Positions 38,272-42,909 of a DNA stretch of 42,909 nt are shown here, one piece after another; positions within the stretch are counted from its first letter, which is position 1; each line of letters opens with the position of its first letter. The DNA lies in NCBI GenBank assembly GCA_023231475.1, contig JALJEE010002326.1:62001-104909 (forward strand), written 5' to 3'. This DNA is from Seison nebaliae (lineage: Eukaryota). Under the pieces are notes generated by a model, which had not been told where the DNA came from, did not search any database, and saw only the letters and a list, made by a program, of their open reading frames with translations. The position numbers and the translations under genes are program-made.

Positions 38272-38923
38272 TGTGATTCATTCTCCTTTTTATTTAGTTG
38301 CAAAATTGGATTCATTCAGATAAGGAAGAGACTGAAAATAATTTGAATGAGATTTAATTGGACATTCCGACAAATCGACTTTGTTGAAGAAGGAATAATT
38401 TAATTTATCTACAACAATATTTCCTCCCATCATCTTCATCATCATCACCTTCTCTCCTTCACCGCACAATATCGGACAACTTTTTTACAATGAACTTCTT
38501 TTCAATGAGCTTCTCTTCAAAATTGTGCGTTCTCATTTTATTTGAAATAACTCTCAACTTCACAAATCTTCTTCTCGAAAGAAAATCCGTTTCCAATTCC
38601 AGTTTTCTATTTTATCTCCGGTTGCATTTTCTCGAAGAAACTGCTTCCTTTAATCGTACACAAACTTTATGAATAATTAGTTTTATTCCTCCAATAATTC
38701 AAATAATTCTATCTCGCTCAAATGAGAAAATTATATCATGTCGACATTTATTGACGTTGAAATTTAAAAAAATTTAATTTTTAATTTCTTTCCATTTTTT
38801 TGTATTCACCGAAATTCCTTTATACTTTTCCCACAAATTCTTTTCATATTTTTTTCGCATTCAGTATTAATCAGGTTCATCATCAGTAACAACTTAGAAA
38901 ATACATTCCTTTTATTATTTGTC

Positions 38924-38948
38924 ATTATTATTATTATTATTATTATTA
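38924..38948 (+). repeat. (ATT)n microsatellite
   Basis: About eight ATT units, read directly. Confidence 0.85.
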
Positions 38949-39034
38949 TACTATCACTTATTTTTATTAAAATAATTAAATATGTTCCAATCTAGTTGTA
39001 TAAATTATAATAAATAGAAAATGGACAATTAATT

Positions 39035-39537
39035 TCATTCATGTTCATTTTCAGTAATGGAAGAAATCGATTTTTTCGAAGGTTCATTATTACCTCCGAT
39101 AATATCTGTTGCTGTTGTACTAATGGAATGTATCAGTCCTTTTAATTTCTTTGTCGATGAATCATTTCTTGACGGCCCTTCATTACTAAGGACGTTGTAA
39201 GTAGTGGATGTAGATAATTGTGTCGCTTTCGGAATATTCTTTGAAGCACTTTTATGTAAATTCTCCATATCTCTCCGCATTCGATTTAATGTGGAAGAGT
39301 GTGATTCAATATCTGCCATCATTCGGCCAATTTGCATATTAGATAGTGAAATGGCTTCTTCTAATATAGTGTTCGTTTTGTGGAATTCATTTAAACTAAA
39401 TAATCTTTATGTGGCCATAGGAATAACAGAATGAAAATTAACGTTTTTTCTTGATTTTTTATCAATTCATCAACATCTTTCTCATTTAAACTAAGAAGAA
39501 AGTCTTTGAGAATTTCCTTTTCGCATAATTTGGCCAT
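39035..39537 (-). CDS. KXD1: KxDL motif-containing protein 1 (BORC subunit), ~151 aa, 2 exons
   Basis: Exons 39537-39443 and 39395-39035, 47-nt intron. FLLSLNEKDVDELIKNQEKTLNEFHKTNTILEEAISLSNMQIGRMMADIESHSSTLNRMRRDM follows the recalled KXD1 pattern N..DV..I...Q...L..F.KTN..L.....LS............H..TL..MK.DL. Confidence 0.85.
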
Positions 39538-39958
39538 TTTCGTTAATAATACATTAATTAGAATATGTCAACAAATACAATATCTTTCTAATTTCGAGCT
39601 AATCCTTCAAAGTTTCGTCTTTTTCTCCCTTCAATTTCGTTCTCCATTATGTCGTTAAGTTCAGAATGATAAAATAATTAACACCATTTTCCGATTATCA
39701 TGAACTTTCCACCCATTAAATACCTGACATGTGAGTCAATTGCATAAATAAATCATTTGAAATTAGTTTGAATAATTTTTATAATTTAATAATTTTTTTC
39801 CTGAATATACTTTTTCTCAAAAGAAGAATCCTTATAAGTCCATCTTGGATGTTTTTTTTTTAGCTTTTGTTTGTTTCAGCTATAACTTCAATTTATTGAG
39901 TGAAAAAAAAACTAAAGATTGAACGATAAATAGACCAAAAGGGAATTTAGATATAGCT

Positions 39959-42559
39959 ATGGGAATCATCAAGATGATCAACAGAAATGAATCAACAAAT
40001 AGTAGATCATTTAACAAAATTTTCCAGTTAACTCAATTTAATAAAAGACCAAATTTTCTAAATTCACTTGTAGAAATTATTGGAAATAATCAAGAAAATG
40101 TTCAAAAATTCTATGAAAAATTGATTGAAATAAATTCAAAACAGTTTTTTAAACATTATTTTTTCTCAAAATTATTCTTTTATCATTTAGAAACTTAAAA
40201 TTATCAAAAGGTCATTCAATATTCTTGAGTTTCTTATCAATAATTTTATAATATAGAATTATACAGGCAAATTGCCCAGAAATTATTTGAATTTTGTAAC
40301 AAATCGGAGAAGATAAAGAATTTAGAATCTTCCAGATACCAATTGGAGAATGAGGGAAAGAATGAATTAATTTCACAAATCATCAATCTACCTCAAATAG
40401 CGCAGGAGGAACATGAGTTGAATAAAAAGAAATGTAACAATTTGGAGGAGAAGTTAAAGAAGATAAATCGATTTATTATAAGAAAAACTGGAGAAAAAGA
40501 AAAATTGGATATGGAATTGAAGGAAATGGATGACAATATTAAATTCTATGAAGAACAATTACCATATTCGTCGGAGAAAATTAAAATAGAGAAATTGATC
40601 ATTTCACAACTAGAAGAAGTTTCTTCATTTAGTTCTTGTTGATCGAAATAAAATTTTTGATAGAAAATAGCTAAGAGGGAAGAAGAAGAGAGAAACGGTT
40701 TGTTGTTATTAGATGAATGTTTATATCGGGAGAAGACTGCACAAAAAGTTGGTGAACATGATAAGAATGAAGTGGATAGTCAACTCGAAACATATAAATC
40801 ACATTTTGACGACTCTCTGTTCTTTTTTATTTATTAAAAATTATTAGTTCACTATTTTTTAGAGAAATGATAAACCGTCAAAAATCCGATGCAAAAGAAT
40901 ATCTGATGACGTATCATATGATGGAAGAGAAGATCCAAGAACTCGATAAAGATCTCGGTAAACAGACACATGAAATGAATTCCTTAGACGAACTTGAACA
41001 AAATTTAACGAAACAAATTAGATCGATTGAAAACGATTATCTGAGGAAAAATGAAGAATTGCGGTTGATCAATTTGAAGAATGAAAATCTGACTAAAACT
41101 TTACGATCGACCATTGAAGAACGAAATGAGAAGATTAAAGAATTAGAACAACATTTGAATGAAGTCAATCGATTGTTGTCAGAAACGAACGTAGAAAGTG
41201 AAAAAGAAGAAAATAAAATAAATTTCATTGAATTATCAAAGAAAAAGTCTCAAAAGTTAAACATAATCTAAATTGAAAAAGTTGAAAGATTTCTTACAGA
41301 ATTTTAGCAAAAAGTGAAACAAATATTAAAGATTTAATGAGGAATATCGGAGAAAATAAGAAATTGTTCGATAACGAAACAAACAAGAATAAGAAACAAT
41401 CGTCGTTATTAATGACGGTGGAAGAAAAAGCGACGAAACAACGAAAAGAATGTGCTCGAGAAGAAAATGATTTAGATGTTAATTTTATTTCCATTATTTT
41501 TTCCTAATTATTTTTCTAGATAATCAACAGTTCATCGGAGAAACGGTATAAAGACGAAGTAAAAACATTAGACGAATTGGAGAAAGAATTTCAAAACGAA
41601 TCAAAAACCGAACTTAAATTAGAGGAAGATTTCCGTGAGAAATTTCAAAACGTGTTTAAGGATGAGGAGAAAATTGTAGAAGTGATTCATAAATTGACTG
41701 AAGAGAAAGAAGAATTATTTAAAGGAAATCGTTTATTGAAATTTGAATATGATGATTTTCGACAACGAATCCTTCAAAATTATGATCTTCTTATTGAAAA
41801 ATCAGTTATTGGTCGAAAAGAAATTGAAGGAAAATTGGATGATATTGAAAAAATTAAAGTTTCTTTTATTTGAAAAAAAAAAATATTTTCTTCCTTTTCT
41901 TATGTAACAGGAAGCAATTATGTATTCAATTCAAACGTTAAATTCATTAAATGAAGATATCGAAAACAAACTAAAGGAAATTGATGAAAATGTTGTAATT
42001 ATAAATGAATCTAATGTAAAATTAAGAAAAATTAATTTACGATTAAATAATGACAACTTACAAATTATTAGTGATGATCTTCGAAACATAGAGGTATGTT
42101 ATGATCGAATGCATGAAAGATTATCATTCGCCGAAAACGAGAAAGTAAAGTTGAGAAACGATTTTCAAAAATATTGGAAAGAAAGTTGCAGAAGAAAGAT
42201 TGAACAAGAAGAAATATTAAAAAATTTATTGAATAATAACGAAAATTTGTCAAATATATTTAAGAAAAATTATGAGCAATTATTCGAAAACTCCGATAGA
42301 GATCATGAAATGGATGATGGTTTTTATAAAGAATATGAAAGTAAAATAACTGCACAAAGAGCATTGTATTTCGATATGCAAAACAAATATAAAAATCAAC
42401 TTGAAGGTTTAGTACATAGATTTATTATTTTTATTGACTGTTATTGATACTTTAGAAAATTTGACGGAAATAAAGTCCGAAATCTTACTAGACGAATCGA
42501 ATGGGAACTTAAAAATTCTCCAAAAGATTTTTGATGGTCACATGCATTTTATTAAATGA
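39959..42559 (+). CDS. Long E/K/N-rich coiled-coil protein (~743 aa, 9 exons), family unassigned
   Basis: Exons 39959-40143, 40191-40210, 40257-40618, 40664-40818, 40863-41255, 41300-41477, 41520-41858, 41911-42406 and 42456-42559 join in frame (2232 nt); introns 42-52 nt. The last exon is uncertain because another intron may start near 42537. Confidence 0.8.
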
Positions 42560-42909
42560 ATATTATATATTAACTTAGTTTGTTCATCTTTATTTTTATT
42601 GTTGTTATTTAAATAGATCAAGAATTAACGACAACATTTTATGTCGGTTCCTAAATATTATTATGTGGAAAGATAAGTCGAAAAACAATTGTTAATAGGA
42701 GAAACGTAAATGAATTATTTCCGTAGGGATAAAATACAGAATAAGGTAAAAAAATGCGATTTTCATCAGTTAGTGCTGTGATTATGATCCGTGAGTCCAA
42801 AGTGATAAGACTCGAGTCCTCCATACATTATGGAAAAAAAAATCCAGACATGATAAGAGTCCTATACATACAAGGCTCGAGCCAAGCTATTAGCCAGACT
42901 CATGCTTTG

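Noticed and set aside
33312..38315. Antisense and alternative-frame ORFs inside the zinc-finger gene (likewise 2106..2345, 3259..3615, 10646..10870)
   Set aside because: Shadow ORFs of trinucleotide-biased coding sequence.
1..42909. CRISPR arrays, rRNA genes, transposase or reverse-transcriptase ORFs
   Set aside because: None seen; the tandem repeats are coding repeats or microsatellites in a eukaryotic context.

Overview
AT-rich, compact animal genomic DNA; the species cannot be identified from sequence alone. Splicing the ORF fragments by hand gives nine protein-coding genes: the 3' end of gephyrin/MoeA, an unknown 5-exon gene, a secreted Met/Pro/Gln-rich repeat protein, a ~1010-aa cyclin D, a minimal FAM13-like gene, mitochondrial ribosomal protein L4, a ~1750-aa six-finger C2H2 transcription factor, KXD1 and a 9-exon coiled-coil gene. 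The window also holds one tRNA-Lys(UUU), a TA-flanked foldback MITE-like element, a second inverted repeat and a multi-intron transcript or pseudogene with no intact ORF. The strongest unusual signal is splicing: all 21 reconstructed coding introns are 42-65 nt, 20 start GTT, one starts GTC and none starts GTR, suggesting derived 5' splice-site recognition. Other highlights are an operon-like mRpL4-FAM13 junction with a donor-less acceptor, a ~280-aa insertion in cyclin D, and an intron-split RRKQxxP motif in the zinc-finger protein. All gene models are manual and lack transcript support.
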